Source: Orbicella franksi
Taxonomy: Eukaryota
DNA: 64,000 bases
Direction of reading: 5' to 3'
NCBI GenBank assembly: GCA_964199315.1
Contig: OZ116703.1
Location: forward strand, 29,946,001 to 30,010,000
Positions 46,601 through 58,500 of the stretch are shown piece after piece. The notes under the pieces were generated by a model, which searched no databases, had not been told where the DNA came from, and saw only the letters and a program-made list of their open reading frames with translations. Numbering within the stretch: position 1 is the stretch's first letter; each line of letters starts with the position of its first letter. The position numbers and the translations under genes were made by a program.

Positions 46601-48055
46601 TTAACTGGACATTCACCATCTGATGACCGTTCATGCTTAAGCTTGCCGTCATGCAGGGGATAACATGCTAGGTATGCGCCCTCGTAGACAAGCTTGCTCA
46701 GTCCTGCATCATCTGGTTCATCCGAAAACCGCGTGCTGTTAAAGATTTGCTGGATCAAATGTTGTCGATCAATGATCGAGAAAAACGATTCCTGGTTGCA
46801 GTTTTGTTGGAAGGTATATGCTGAAAGGCGATCCCTCTTAAACTGCGCCATGAAATGATCCGGAGTTTCTTTGATGAAAGGATCTCGAATGTTAAGAGGA
46901 TTCTTCTTTCTGATAGCTGTTACTATCTTTGAACCAAGTAAGAACTCTAGCCAAGAAGTGAAGACGGTATCATTGACCTGAAGGGGAACTTTTAGCTTCG
47001 TGCATTCAGCGCGTTCTGCAAGTACTTCCCAAGGAGCGTGTATTAAAACAAAGTGTCGTAAGACTTCGGTATCCTTTCATAAAGAACAGAAATCGTAAAC
47101 CAATTAGTCTGCGAATAACCTTAAGGCAATATAAAAAAAAGATCTTAAATCAAATACTCCAATCCGGATCTCGCCGAATTACTTGTTTCAGTGCAGTTGT
47201 TCTTTGGTATTCAGTTAGCATTAGTTTATGGGAGTTCAGTGCTGGGAATTGAAATACAATGGAGTAGGTAAAACAATACATTTGTTCTGGCAGTTTTTTA
47301 GTATTGACATAAATTTCTTTAATATTTGACCGCGTTTTTTAAAACCACATTTGCTGACTTCTCGAATTAAGAATATTCACCCGATTTAGAAAAACAGTTG
47401 TGAATCTACTTGCAAACAAATAATGTGACATCTTCAGGATTTGTGTCATACCCACGTCACCTAGCCATTTACCAGCATCTGCAAATTTGATAGATGCCAT
47501 ATCCGTATCGTTCAATATTCGAGGTCTGTCCTCATAATTTATACAGTTACTACACTGCGAAGGTGTTGTTAATTTACTGCATGAACAGCTTTGCATTTTG
47601 TTTCGTCGGTGTACATGACGTCCGCATAAGAATCGAGCATGAATATAGCCGAAAAATACATAAAACACATTCTTAGTAAAATTCCACCCCGACATTTATG
47701 CTAATATGGACGTCAAGCAACACGAGCGTATTACAAAGATGACTCAATAATAAACAGGTTGTTTTACCGTTTGTACCACGCGGGTTTGTCGCTGCAGGAT
47801 TAGTCCTTGCTCTTCAAGCTGCTTTTCGAAAGTTGTTCTTAAAGATGCCAATCTTGCCACTTCTGCTGCGGATTCCTCGTCAGTGCTTTCATTCTCTTGG
47901 CACGTTTCGTACACCAAGACGTAATCTGTTCTACGCCTAGGCTGGTCTGCTCCGCTTAAATAAAGACCCCTGTTGTCCTCCGTACTGAAATTAACAGAAT
48001 CAAGTTCATTTTCCTCCTCTTCATTCGACAATCTTGTAAACGGTATCTTACTCAT
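43650..48055 (-). CDS. ANO: Anoctamin/TMEM16 paralogue B; join(48055..47768, 47073..45512, 45114..44990, 44608..44185, 43881..43650), 876 aa
   Basis: Same motif set as paralogue A (RTDYVLVY, HAPW, YFGHEIGLYFAWLGFYT, EYLEIVLQYGF, EIRLDA). Four GT-AG introns at identical positions and phases, and a 125-bp exon 3. The frame of 47073-46852 was checked and has no stop. Confidence 0.93.
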
Positions 48056-49299
48056 TTTACGTTAGCTAATACAGTCAGAGCTCATCAACACCTTGAACGT
48101 GTTATTCAATGCTGGGTCCAAAGTATTGCTACGCTTCGCTGCTTTCTGAAGCACTGGTATTTTTGGAACACATAAGTGTATGAATTATTATTGTTTCGAG
48201 ATCATTCAAGAACAAAAGAAAGCGCAAATATCATGCGTGACCGCGATAAACACAATTAGTTGACCTCACAGACAAATCATTTTGGGACACTAGATTGTTC
48301 GAACAGGGGGTACAACGTTTAAATGATATCAAAAGCATAAAAATTTCCAGCATAAGGTGACTCATGAATTTTTAATTTTATTGTAAAAGCTGGTTTTTTC
48401 ACGACTTTCAGGGCTCAAAATAATTTTCGGACCATGGCCGGTCATGTTGACAGGCCAAAGTAATTTTAGCTCGGTCACGTCTCGTTTCTGAACGGTCAAG
48501 ATATATATTTACTAAAAGTCAACTTTCAGAATTAGAAACTTGAAGCAGTGTTGAATCTGGTGTTATAACAAAAGTTTCAGTAATGGGTACCCAAGTTTCT
48601 TAGAAAATGTCTTAAAAATAGGGACTATTGAGCCACCTTAAGTAATGTTTGCATAATTGAACCCACAAATATAATTTGTTTGCTCGGTCAGTCGTTGCTA
48701 GACCGTTTAAAGATCGGTTTAATACAAAGAAAATCTTAAAACTCAACCAAAGATAGCCTTGGCAGGGCTCAGCAGCTCAGTGAAGTAGCACGCTGTCAGT
48801 GGAACTTTTACCATCTGCCAAAGGAAAAGCATTGAACGGATGAATTTTTCAATCGGCATATTGAATTCCATGAGCTGTTGTTTTGATGTTCTACAAAGTA
48901 TTTATTATGTCCATCAAAACGTAAATGAAACCAAACATGCATCAGCAGATCCTAGTTTTGGACTTCAGAAATCATTAGGTAAACAAATATAGTTGAAGAA
49001 GAAGTTTCTGTTTCCTCGATTCTCACCCGTGCAAACGCAGAACAAATCAACTCGTTACTACGAAAACGGCTATACAGTTACACAACAAGTGTTGGGAAGT
49101 TTTGTAAGTGACTAAAATTAAGTTCTAAAGTGTAAGCCATAAAAAATCTAAACTCTGTTGAAGTCATATTAGAGAGAGTTTTCGTTCACGAAGAACTAAT
49201 GGCCATCATTCGGTAGATTTTACCACGGATAGTGTTGGCCCGGCCGTCGCTTGTACTTAGACCCTCTCTGAGGGAAACTTCATCTGGACTACCCCGATC

Positions 49300-49329
<30 letters not shown>
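49300..49329. repeat. (TTG)10 microsatellite
   Basis: Read directly from the sequence. Confidence 0.9.
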
Positions 49330-49330
<1 letters not shown>

Positions 49331-49954
49331 AACGATGTCCTCGTGGTCGACCTTAAGAATAGACTGTGTTCACTTCAGTTCTCGGTATTGTCTGAGGCGT
49401 CTGTACCGCCTAACAATAGTGGCTAGATTTTGGTCACCGGCTACGCAAAGCGTTGAGAGTGTCTCAAATTTCATTCGCGAAGAAAATAGCTTTACAGATG
49501 CAGATACTGATAAGGCCTTAGACTCTTTTGTTGGTACATAATTATTTTCGTCCATTTGGTAACAGTAGCTTTTATCGGTTGGTTCTAAATTAGATACTGG
49601 GTTCGTGCTTAATGTTACATTTACGGCTTGATGGAAACGAAGCAGACTGCAAAATGCGTGTTTTGATGTCCCGGAGTCCCATAGCGTCAAAGTTGGAAAC
49701 AACTTGAAAATCGAGCGAAAAGTTTTGTTTTGGCTTGTTCGTTGATTTTTGTGCAGTGAAAGTGAAAGAAACGACGAATATCTTGACATCTGTAGAGCAA
49801 TACCTTGAAATATACGCCAACAAAGAGAGGGGTACTCTGTTACAAGAGGGTGACAGTAAGGTAAATCTAAAGCGTAACGAAAACCTGAATCTGATCAGAT
49901 TCCCTTTGCCGAACGGAAAACCTTCGCTGTTCGAAAGGCTGAATGTATATTATG

Positions 49955-50905
49955 GAAGTCCGAAAGGGAACATCGACTTCTTATTGGTATTATTATTATT
50001 ATTATTTTTTTTTTTTTATTTTTTTTTTTTTTTTTTTGTACATGGGAGTTTGGTTTCGAAAATGGGAGTTTGTTTTACGAAAATGGGAGTTTGTTTTTCG
50101 AAAATGGGAGTTCGTTTTTCGAAAATGCGAGTTTGTTTTTCGAAAATGGGAGTTTTTGTTCCGAAAATGGGAGTTTGTTTCACGAAAATGGGAGTTTGTC
50201 TTACGAAAATGGGAGTTTGTTTTTCGAAAATGGGAGTTTGTTTATCGAAAATGGGGGTTTGTTTTTTCGAAAATGGGAGTTCGTTTTACGAAAATGTGAT
50301 TTGTTTTTCGAAAATGGGAGTTTTTTTTTCGAAAATGAAAGTTCGTTTTTCGAAAATGGGAGTTTGCGTTCCGAAAATGGGAGTTTGTTTTACGAAAATG
50401 GGAGTTTGTTTTACGAAAATGGGAGTGATGATAAAAATGATTGACAGGCCAAACAAACTCGTATTTTCGAAAAAAAAAACTCCCAATTTTGAAAAACAAA
50501 CTCCCATTTTCGTAAAACAAACTCCCATTTAAAAAAAAAAAAAACTAACTCCCATTTTCGTAAAACAAACTCGCATTTTCGTAAAACAAACTCTCATTTC
50601 CGATAAACAAAGTCCTATTTTCGAAAAAACAAACTTCCATTTTCGAAAAAACAACTCCCATTTTCGTAAAACTAACTCGCATTTTCGTAGAACAAACTCT
50701 CCTTTCCGAAGAACAAACTCCCATTTTTAAAAAAACAAACTCCCATTTTCGAAAAAAAAAACTTCCATTTTCGTAAAAGAAACTCCCATTTTCGTAAAAG
50801 AAACTCCCATTTTCGAAAAACAAGCTCCCATTTTCGAAAAAGCAAATTCTTAATCTCGAAAAACGACCTCCCATTTTTCATAAGTGGATGTCCCTTTGGG
50901 GCTTC
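49955..50905. repeat. Foldback element: two inverted arrays of a 21-22-bp satellite with unique outer TIRs
   Basis: Left array of CGAAAATGGGAGTTTGTTTT(T) units (about 50044-50424), a spacer of about 30 bp, and a right array of the reverse complement (about 50454-50878). Outer inverted ends GAAGTCCGAAAGGGAACATCGACTT / AAGTGGATGTCCCTTTGGGGCTTC. Confidence 0.85.
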
Positions 50906-51528
50906 TACGATACTCCTCTGCCGTCCTAACAGATGAAACTTTTTTCGAACGGATAGCAGCAGTTGTTCGAACGGCTGGATATTTTTTCCGAACGGATAAC
51001 CCCAGTCGTTCAAATCGCATTCCTGTCGATCTTGAATGCATAGCCGTTCGAACAGATACCCGTTAGTGTATGTTTTGTGTAAGAGGTCATAATAAAAAAG
51101 AGATTAAAAATCTAAGATTTGCATTTGAGGATTTGATTGTTTATTCAAGAATGAACAACGTGACCGTCTCAACATGACGTGACCAGTCAACATGACCGGC
51201 GAATGAAGTTGGCCGCCGGCCGTTATTTTGAGCCCTGACTTTAGAGACTAAATAAGGTGGAGAAAGAGATTATCATCTAAATCACAATCTCTTGCGTAAA
51301 GAGCTTCTGCTCAGCATCCCCCGCAATCTCTCGATCATGTCCAAGCTAATCGCTTGCCACTTGGCAAGCGTTCTCCTTTCCTAATCCCAGTGAACTTGTG
51401 ACATTTTAATAAGAAAATCACTTGAACTAGTCACGTAGCGTCATACCGCTAACTTAATGCACGATTCAAATTTCTGAGTATAGAAGACTGTAAGCCGGCT
51501 CTACGTACGGTCGTATGCTCACGAATTA

Positions 51529-51962
51529 CAGTGGGACACCGTTTATACGGTTACCAACGGGCTATGAAAATTTGGCAGTATTGACGGGTGGCCGTATTGA
51601 CTGGGTAGGATCAAATTTGGCTGAAATTGAGTGTTATACTTCTGAACAACTTGTCTTTAATAAGCTTCCTAAAGGCAGATAATACTTTTTTAAAAAAATT
51701 GAAATTTTCCATCAGTGCATACAATGCTAACATTGGAAAGATGAACCGTGCCGTTTAAACGGGGTAAAATTAAAGAGGATCATACAGGTTGGGATTTTAG
51801 AATGTGGGCGTTTGTTGTATTAAAGGGGTCGCTGCATTAACGGGGTTAATGCGGCGACCCCTTTAATAAGAAAATGTATGGGCGTTTTGCCGGGACAAAA
51901 AAAGTGGTCGTAATAAAGAGTTCACCGTATTAACGTGATAACAGTAAGGCGGGGTTCCACTG
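51529..51962. mobile_element. Tc1/mariner-type MITE
   Basis: TA|CAGTGGGACACCGTTTA ... TAAGGCGGGGTTCCACTG, with internal (GCCGTATT/GCATTAAC)-type repeats. Same termini as 31987-32170. Confidence 0.65.
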
Positions 51963-52812
51963 TGGACATCCCCTCATATATTAATCTATCCGCCGACCAG
52001 GCGGAGAGAGACCTTGATCGCAGAATAACTTCAATGTAGTAAAGTTGCTAGTTAAAATCACAATAGTAAAGAATTCCAGTGATTGTTATAAATGAAAAGT
52101 TACTGGTAGCCACCTTGATAGCTCCCCAAATTCTCCCAACTATTGCATTTTAAAAAAAATGTAAAGAACAGCAAGGAAAAAATAAATGCCAGCATTAAGG
52201 CCTTAAGGAATTTTGCGCTTACCTTGTCAGGGTAAGACTATCTAGTGCAAGACTTTTTCGCCTCTTGTGCAAAGCTCAAGAAAATAAATTTTAATTTTAT
52301 ATTTATGATAAATTTTAATTTACGAGCCTTCTGTTATAACAGAGCTCGTAGGTTGGTAGAGCATGAAATGCCAATCGTCCTCCACCATCAGCCCAACCTT
52401 ACAGTTAGGGTGAGGGTGGAGAAAATTCACATTTCAATTCAGGCCACGCAGGTCAGTTAATACTCAGGTCGAAATACGCCTTTTTATTGTCTTTGATTGT
52501 TAAATTAATTTGGCATTTTATCAACAATCCGCTCGCGCAGTTTGGAGCCTTATTGCTGAGTTCAGTCGTATTGAAACAGTTACGCTGTTAAATTTCGCCT
52601 CACTGGTAACAGTAAATAACTCAAAACTTCTTACATTTTCTTGCAAAGTTCAATTGTTTTTTCCCCTGGGTGCATGCTGTTTAAGCTACCCGTCATGTAA
52701 GCGGGTAGTTCCGCGTACCGGCCACAATGGAAGATCACAGAAGGGACACTAAAACGGTGAGGATCAATTAAATTAAATTAACACCGCGTTTGAAACCAAA
52801 CCCCGCAATTAA

Positions 52813-53330
52813 ACCTCGGACGTACAAAGGGGTGCGAGATTTTTTCAGAAGTTTTGCTTTTTTGAGATGATTTACTCGGTGATGTTGAAACTTTCAGTCG
52901 ATGTTCATTAATTCCATGCCGAGATTTTAGCATGCCATTTGACATTGCCATAGCAACCGCATTTTCAACAGCAGGTCAAGCCAAATTTCGCCTTTTTGGA
53001 CAGAATTTTTTTTTCCAGTTCTCCTAAGTAACATTGCAGAACTAGTGTATTTTCACATTCAAGTATTGTTTTTTGGATAATTTCCCAAGAATTCACTTTA
53101 TTTACTGACTTTCGAAGAAAGTAGTGGAACCCAAATTGGTGGACAGACGTCATGTGACGCGTATGACGTCATCACCAACATAAAAGGCATCTGGTCATCT
53201 TTTAGGCTGTCTATTAAAAACAAAATAATTTACTTTTTATGACTTATTCCAACAAAAACCCAGGGGACAGGTTTCATTCTCCCTCCTTGCACCACGTTTG
53301 GGGCGTGAGTTAGCTTGCACGTCCGAGGGT
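52813..53330. mobile_element. piggyBac-like non-autonomous element
   Basis: TTAA|ACCTCGGACGTACAA ... CTTGCACGTCCGAGGGT|TTAA: TTAA flanks with imperfect TIRs of about 15 bp. Confidence 0.65.
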
Positions 53331-54078
53331 TTAATGTCGTGTAGCACGGTTACATTTTCGCCAGCAGCACCATAAACCAAGAGCTTCTGTTTCAAAACAT
53401 TTCTCCGAATGAAATAACTATCTTGCTATCGTCCCACTATATACCGTGGAGATGAATCTAACTGGCTAAGAGAGCGTTTCTTTCGGTCATGATCGAGACC
53501 ATTATCAATGGTCCAACATCGCGGGGATTATGGTGCATCAATTAAGCAACAGCTGAATCCTTGTTTAATGCATCACGATCTGAATGATCTAGGATCATCG
53601 ATCCTGGTCGGGATCATTCCAGAGAAACAGAATCTTTTATTGTGTTCGAAATTGAAGTAGGCCTATCATTCTAGCTATAAGAAATAAAAATCTATAACAC
53701 TGTCCTAACGAAATTCAAACTACACTTTTTATGGATTTTGCCTATAAATAACCCAAGCAGCATAAAGTGCCGATCAACAATCTCTCCAATAGCACCACTA
53801 GAAATGAGTGTAGGGAATCTACTTCACTTCTAATTTCACTGAATTTAATACGCTAGCTTGCACAATAATTCCTCGCCTTCTAAAATCTGTGGTTAAGCTA
53901 AGTCTTACCTGTGTTCTTAGAGACCTCCTATCAACTGTTCAGTGGCTGGTTATGTTTGTATTTTGAAGTGGTATTTTCCAGAAATTGAATCGCTTAGACC
54001 ATTCGCAGATTTCCTGTAAACGATTTGCTGAACTCGCATGCCGCACCGGCCGGGACGAGCATGATTTACACATTTGGA

Positions 54079-54660
54079 ACATACATACATACATACATAC
54101 TTTATTTGCAACTCCCCAAAGGGGCTTTTCAGTTACAAAAGGAATAAAAAAGATAAAAATACGTCAATTAAAATGAATAAACAAACTGGGAAAGGAGTCT
54201 AAAATTAATTACAGTATTAAAGATTTAAAAATTTACAAAGTTTAAAATTGAATATTAAGAATTTACACTATTAACATTTGAAATATGTTTGGTCAAGTGT
54301 CCCTTAAAAGCTTTCACAGAAGGTAAACTTTTCAAATCATCACTCAGCTCATTCCAGATTTTTGCTCCGCGATATGCAAATGATCTTTGTCCGGTAGCCA
54401 GTCGGCGACGTGGAATGTTTAAGTCATTACTCTGTCTGGTGTTTCTTGTAGCGATTTGAGATCGGAAAATGAATTTATCAATCAAGTAGTCTGGAACAAG
54501 ATTATGAATACATTTGAAAGTCATCACAGCGTCATTTATGTAGAGTCTATCGCTGACCTGCAGCCAATTCAAGGATTTGATGCCTTGTGAGATGTGGTCG
54601 TACTTCCGCAGTCCTAATACAATACGTGCAGCAAAATTTTGCACCAACTGCAGAAGAATC
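54079..54660 (-). mobile_element. 5'-truncated L2/CR1-group LINE fragment (C-terminal end of ORF2, 3'UTR and (TATG)n tail)
   Basis: ORF 54647-54255 encodes the typical post-RT tail (LQLVQNFAARIV..RKYDHIS..LNWL..RSFAYRGAKIWNEL..FK). It is followed by the stem-loop CCCCTTTGGGG and a (TATG)n tail at 54100-54079. Confidence 0.85.
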
Positions 54661-55590
54661 CTTTTTAGAGGAATTTACAACATAGCATTTGATCTAGCAT
54701 TTGACCGGCCTTCGTTACTCGTTATTGACGCGAGGTTCACTTGGCTCCAAGTTAGGTTCTCTTGTTCCAATTAGTGATATATTTACCTCTTGTAACAAAT
54801 TAAAGTTATTAACGTGGTAACATAAGACGCTTTTCCATCGATCGCGCGGTATTACATACACGATACCTCAGTGACACAATGCTGTAAATCTGTGCACGAA
54901 ATGATAATGAAGTTCGACGTACACTAGAGGTAAGTAACTCTCTCTTTATTGTTAAATGTTTTCGAATGATTCACCTTAAATCCAAATTAACCAGTAGACC
55001 CAATTACTATGTGGCATTCCATGTTAATGTTTACAGTAGCAATAGCACCACCACCAGAAATCTAATAGTCCTTATTGCCGTCGGCTCTTCGCAGCTCATT
55101 CCGACTGAATTTATCTCCTGCATGCGTGACCGCGATAAAAAGAGAGGAGGGAAAAAGGACTTCTGGGATCAGCGATTTGCAATTTTGTAAATGGCGCCTG
55201 ATCCTTGCGAGCAAAATATATTTCACAGGAGATAAGTTGAACGAGGATGAACGCGCAAAGGGTGATGGAGGAAAAGTATTCAACCAGCCAAAATCGTTAT
55301 ACTTACCATTTTATATTCGGTTATTGTTATCGTCTTACAAATGTAAGTCCTTTTAAACAAACCAATGAAAATTAGAATATCCCGACCAGTCCGCATAAAT
55401 AAAAACAACAACCAACGGCTACAAGCTAAGCTAAGCGACCAAAAGCTCCTATCGCGTCAGTTTTACAAGATGAAGACAAGAAGAAACCGACATCAGCTGA
55501 AACAAAACTAAATCTGTTACGCTCATGATTTTAAGGTATCAAGTACGGCTAAGGTTTGGACAGGAGTTTAGCTGAAATTGAAACGAAGTA

Positions 55591-58500
55591 TCACCCTTGA
55601 GTTTCAAAGGATTGAAGGGATTGTTTGGCATCTTCAAATTCCTCCGTGTCATCATCGTTATCACTATACTCGTCAATGTCACTGTAGTCTTCGCTGTCTT
55701 GAAACACCATCTTGATGACTTGCTTCTCTCGTTCCGCTTTGAACTGAAGTTCATCAGGTCTGTCGGGTACTAGCCAGGCTATGAAACCGGTGATGGTGTA
55801 CACGATGAATTGAAAAACGAACACGAACGCCAGACGAGCGGTAAGGAGATGCCAATACGTCCTGGAGTAGCCGTATGGGTAGATGTTGTCATGATAACCG
55901 CGGTACCTATGTTCAGTTGCAGGAAACATAAGAAACACAAAGATCATAATGTAAATTAGGTAGATAATGAATGCGCGAAAGGAAAGTAACTTGAAATCGG
56001 TTTATGGAGGTCGGTAAGTGATATAAATGTGTCTCATTGTCACGATTTTAAGTTTAAGGTTTTCCGTTAAGTGTCCGTCACCACATTTGCAGGAAAGCGT
56101 CAGTTTAATCTTGACAATGTGCATTCAAGAAATCTGAAATTCTTTTGCGTGATCTTACAATTCATACACACTCTTTCCATCTCACATCTTTCATAAAGAA
56201 GGGAGAAGTTTCTGCGCTTTGAATTCCATGATTCTAAGACGCTTTACTCCATGATTATAAAGGGTTCTTTAATGAATATATCGCTGAGAGAAATAAAATT
56301 GTCTCCTGTAAATCATTTAAAGCTGAAACTTTCCCTACCTGCAGTAGTCTCTTGTGTAATTTAAGTTTTCCCTCCGGTTGTCTGGCTGTGTGCCTTTTTC
56401 CCACGAGTAGAGGGTCTTCAAATCAATGAACGCAAGGGTAGAATTAACATACCCCTTCAACGTACCACCTCCAGAGGAATCGCGATCAGGCGCGTACATG
56501 ATCTTGTAAAGGAGTTTGGGGATGAACTCTGAAGTAAATGCCAGTATGAATGCGTTCACCAACACGGACGCCCTGGTAAGTGCCTCGAGAACGTCGTACC
56601 AGGCTCCTATGTCCTCCACACGGGCGACGTCTGGACGGCGAAAGTAACACAGGAACTTGATGGCGTCTATACGGATCTCGATGATTGTGTTTATGAGTGC
56701 AAACAGTGGACCGAGGGGGAAGGCAGCCACAAACATGGTCACAAAGCCGTATTGCAAAACTACAAGCGTTTAGAAATATAAAAAAGTCATAGGTTACACC
56801 AAATCAGCCAGACCCATCGAGGCCATGCCGGAGTTTATTCCACCAAGTATCTCCAGAGTTTACCAAGACTAGGACTGTTTCCCACCCCGACAGCCGGTAT
56901 ACTATGTAAGATGTGAATCAGTCTTAGGTGATTAGCCTCAAGAGTATCGGGGAATTGAGAGTTCTGCGACATCTTCCCACAGGGGAAACGAAGTAGTTTT
57001 TTGGGATTCTATAACCTCATAAGCTTCCCTAGTGCCCTTACACATACGCCCTGGCACAGAGTTTTCAATATCATACTATACTTCTCGGCATTTCGTCAGG
57101 CTCTCTTAATTAACAGTTTGCAACTACTGATTTGGGCTTCTCGGTCTGAGAAAACAACACTGCGTTTCCATCCAGTGCTAAATCCTAACGAATTGATTTG
57201 ATCTTCTTTGATCTTCTAGCTAGAATTGTAAAAGAGTGCCACCTTTAAACCGGCAGGAGCTATAGTTTTTTTTCCATAGTTTGAAAGGGGAAATGCACGG
57301 AATCAAAACTGAAATTGACTATAATAACTTTAAATCTTACCTATTTCCAGATATTCCCAGAACATGTAGTGCTTTTCACATGCCGTCAGATCAAAGTCTT
57401 TTTCGTACTGAGGACAATCGTCTAGATTCTTTTTATTTCGGCGATTCCTTATCAGATTCAAATATCTGGAAAATTATATAGAAAATGACTAATGAAATGT
57501 AATGAAACACTTACTTTGCTACAAAGAGCTATAAGCATAGCCGGCCATGGCCATTCTGGAATGTAAATCATAGAAAAAAAGTTCATGATAAGTTCGACGT
57601 TTGAGTCAACTGAGTTCGTCCGATTGAATTTAGATCGACCAACATGTTGGTTGGTCAATCTAAACTCGAATTAAGTTTGATGTTTGACCCAACGGTCGAG
57701 CTTCACTCGTTTGGACCGACTCATTGAATTGCAATTGACCATTGCAATTTAGTTCGTCCCATGTGAAGTTCGACGTTTGACTTGTTCCCCAGTCGACCAA
57801 CAATCTCTTCTTTCGTTTTTTCCGATAACCAACCTGAAAATCTATGTGCTCACATGTTCTTTGTACTTAAATGGTTTGAAATAAATCTTGATTCTTTAGT
57901 TTTTTCAACGATTCCTGATCACCCACAGCACATGATTCATAAAATCATCTTGGCATTTTCGTCGACGAAATTTCAGGGCAGACTATAGATCACTTTGCTC
58001 TCAACACTTGTTGGTCTTCGTAACGAGAACTTTTATGGATTCCAACACAATTCCCTGAATCGCTTGACAATTCCAAACAAAAACCTCTTTTAAACTGTTC
58101 TCTTTTTTTTTTTTTTTTACAGATATCCAGGATAAGTTATCGTCAAAATTGGAGGTATAGTCGTTCGCATGGCTTACCATACAGAATAATTAGAAAAATA
58201 CATTAAAAGGTGTGCCCTTATGACTGCAAACCAATGACTTAATACTTACGGCATTGCCATCTCGAATATATTGAAGAAAATTTGCTTTCCCACCATGATG
58301 ATCAAAAGCTGAACAGCGAGTTCCAAAAAGCATCCTTGTTCACTGCAACCATCTAGTCGATACTTCCCTAACACTCTTCTGTACCTTCCCGGGGACCCCA
58401 CAATCAAATCCGATTTAAAGAACGCGATATAAAATATGGCGGAATAGTTGTTGACGAACTGAAATGAAGACATTTTCCATGTGAAGCTGTCTCTATAAGC

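Larger units (their letters stand above)
48409..51237. mobile_element. Non-autonomous hAT-like DNA transposon (2829 bp) with an apparent 5-bp TSD
   Basis: Perfect 15-bp TIR CAGGGCTCAAAATAA / TTATTTTGAGCCCTG. The subterminal motif GCCGGTCATGTTGAC is shared in inverted orientation. ACTTT on both flanks (48404-48408, 51238-51242). No transposase ORF recognised. Confidence 0.8.

Noticed and set aside
49289-49789. 139-aa minus-strand ORF and its continuation as a possible transposase remnant inside the hAT-like element
   Set aside because: No DDE, BED-finger or hAT dimerisation motif. The continuation is mostly the (TTG)n tract and stops after about 26 codons.
49735-51066. Cluster of overlapping ORFs (KMGVCF / RKWEFV / ENGS repeats), and a possible CRISPR-like array
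   Set aside because: All derive from the 21-22-bp satellite arrays. Units are contiguous without unique spacers, there are no cas genes, and the context is eukaryotic.
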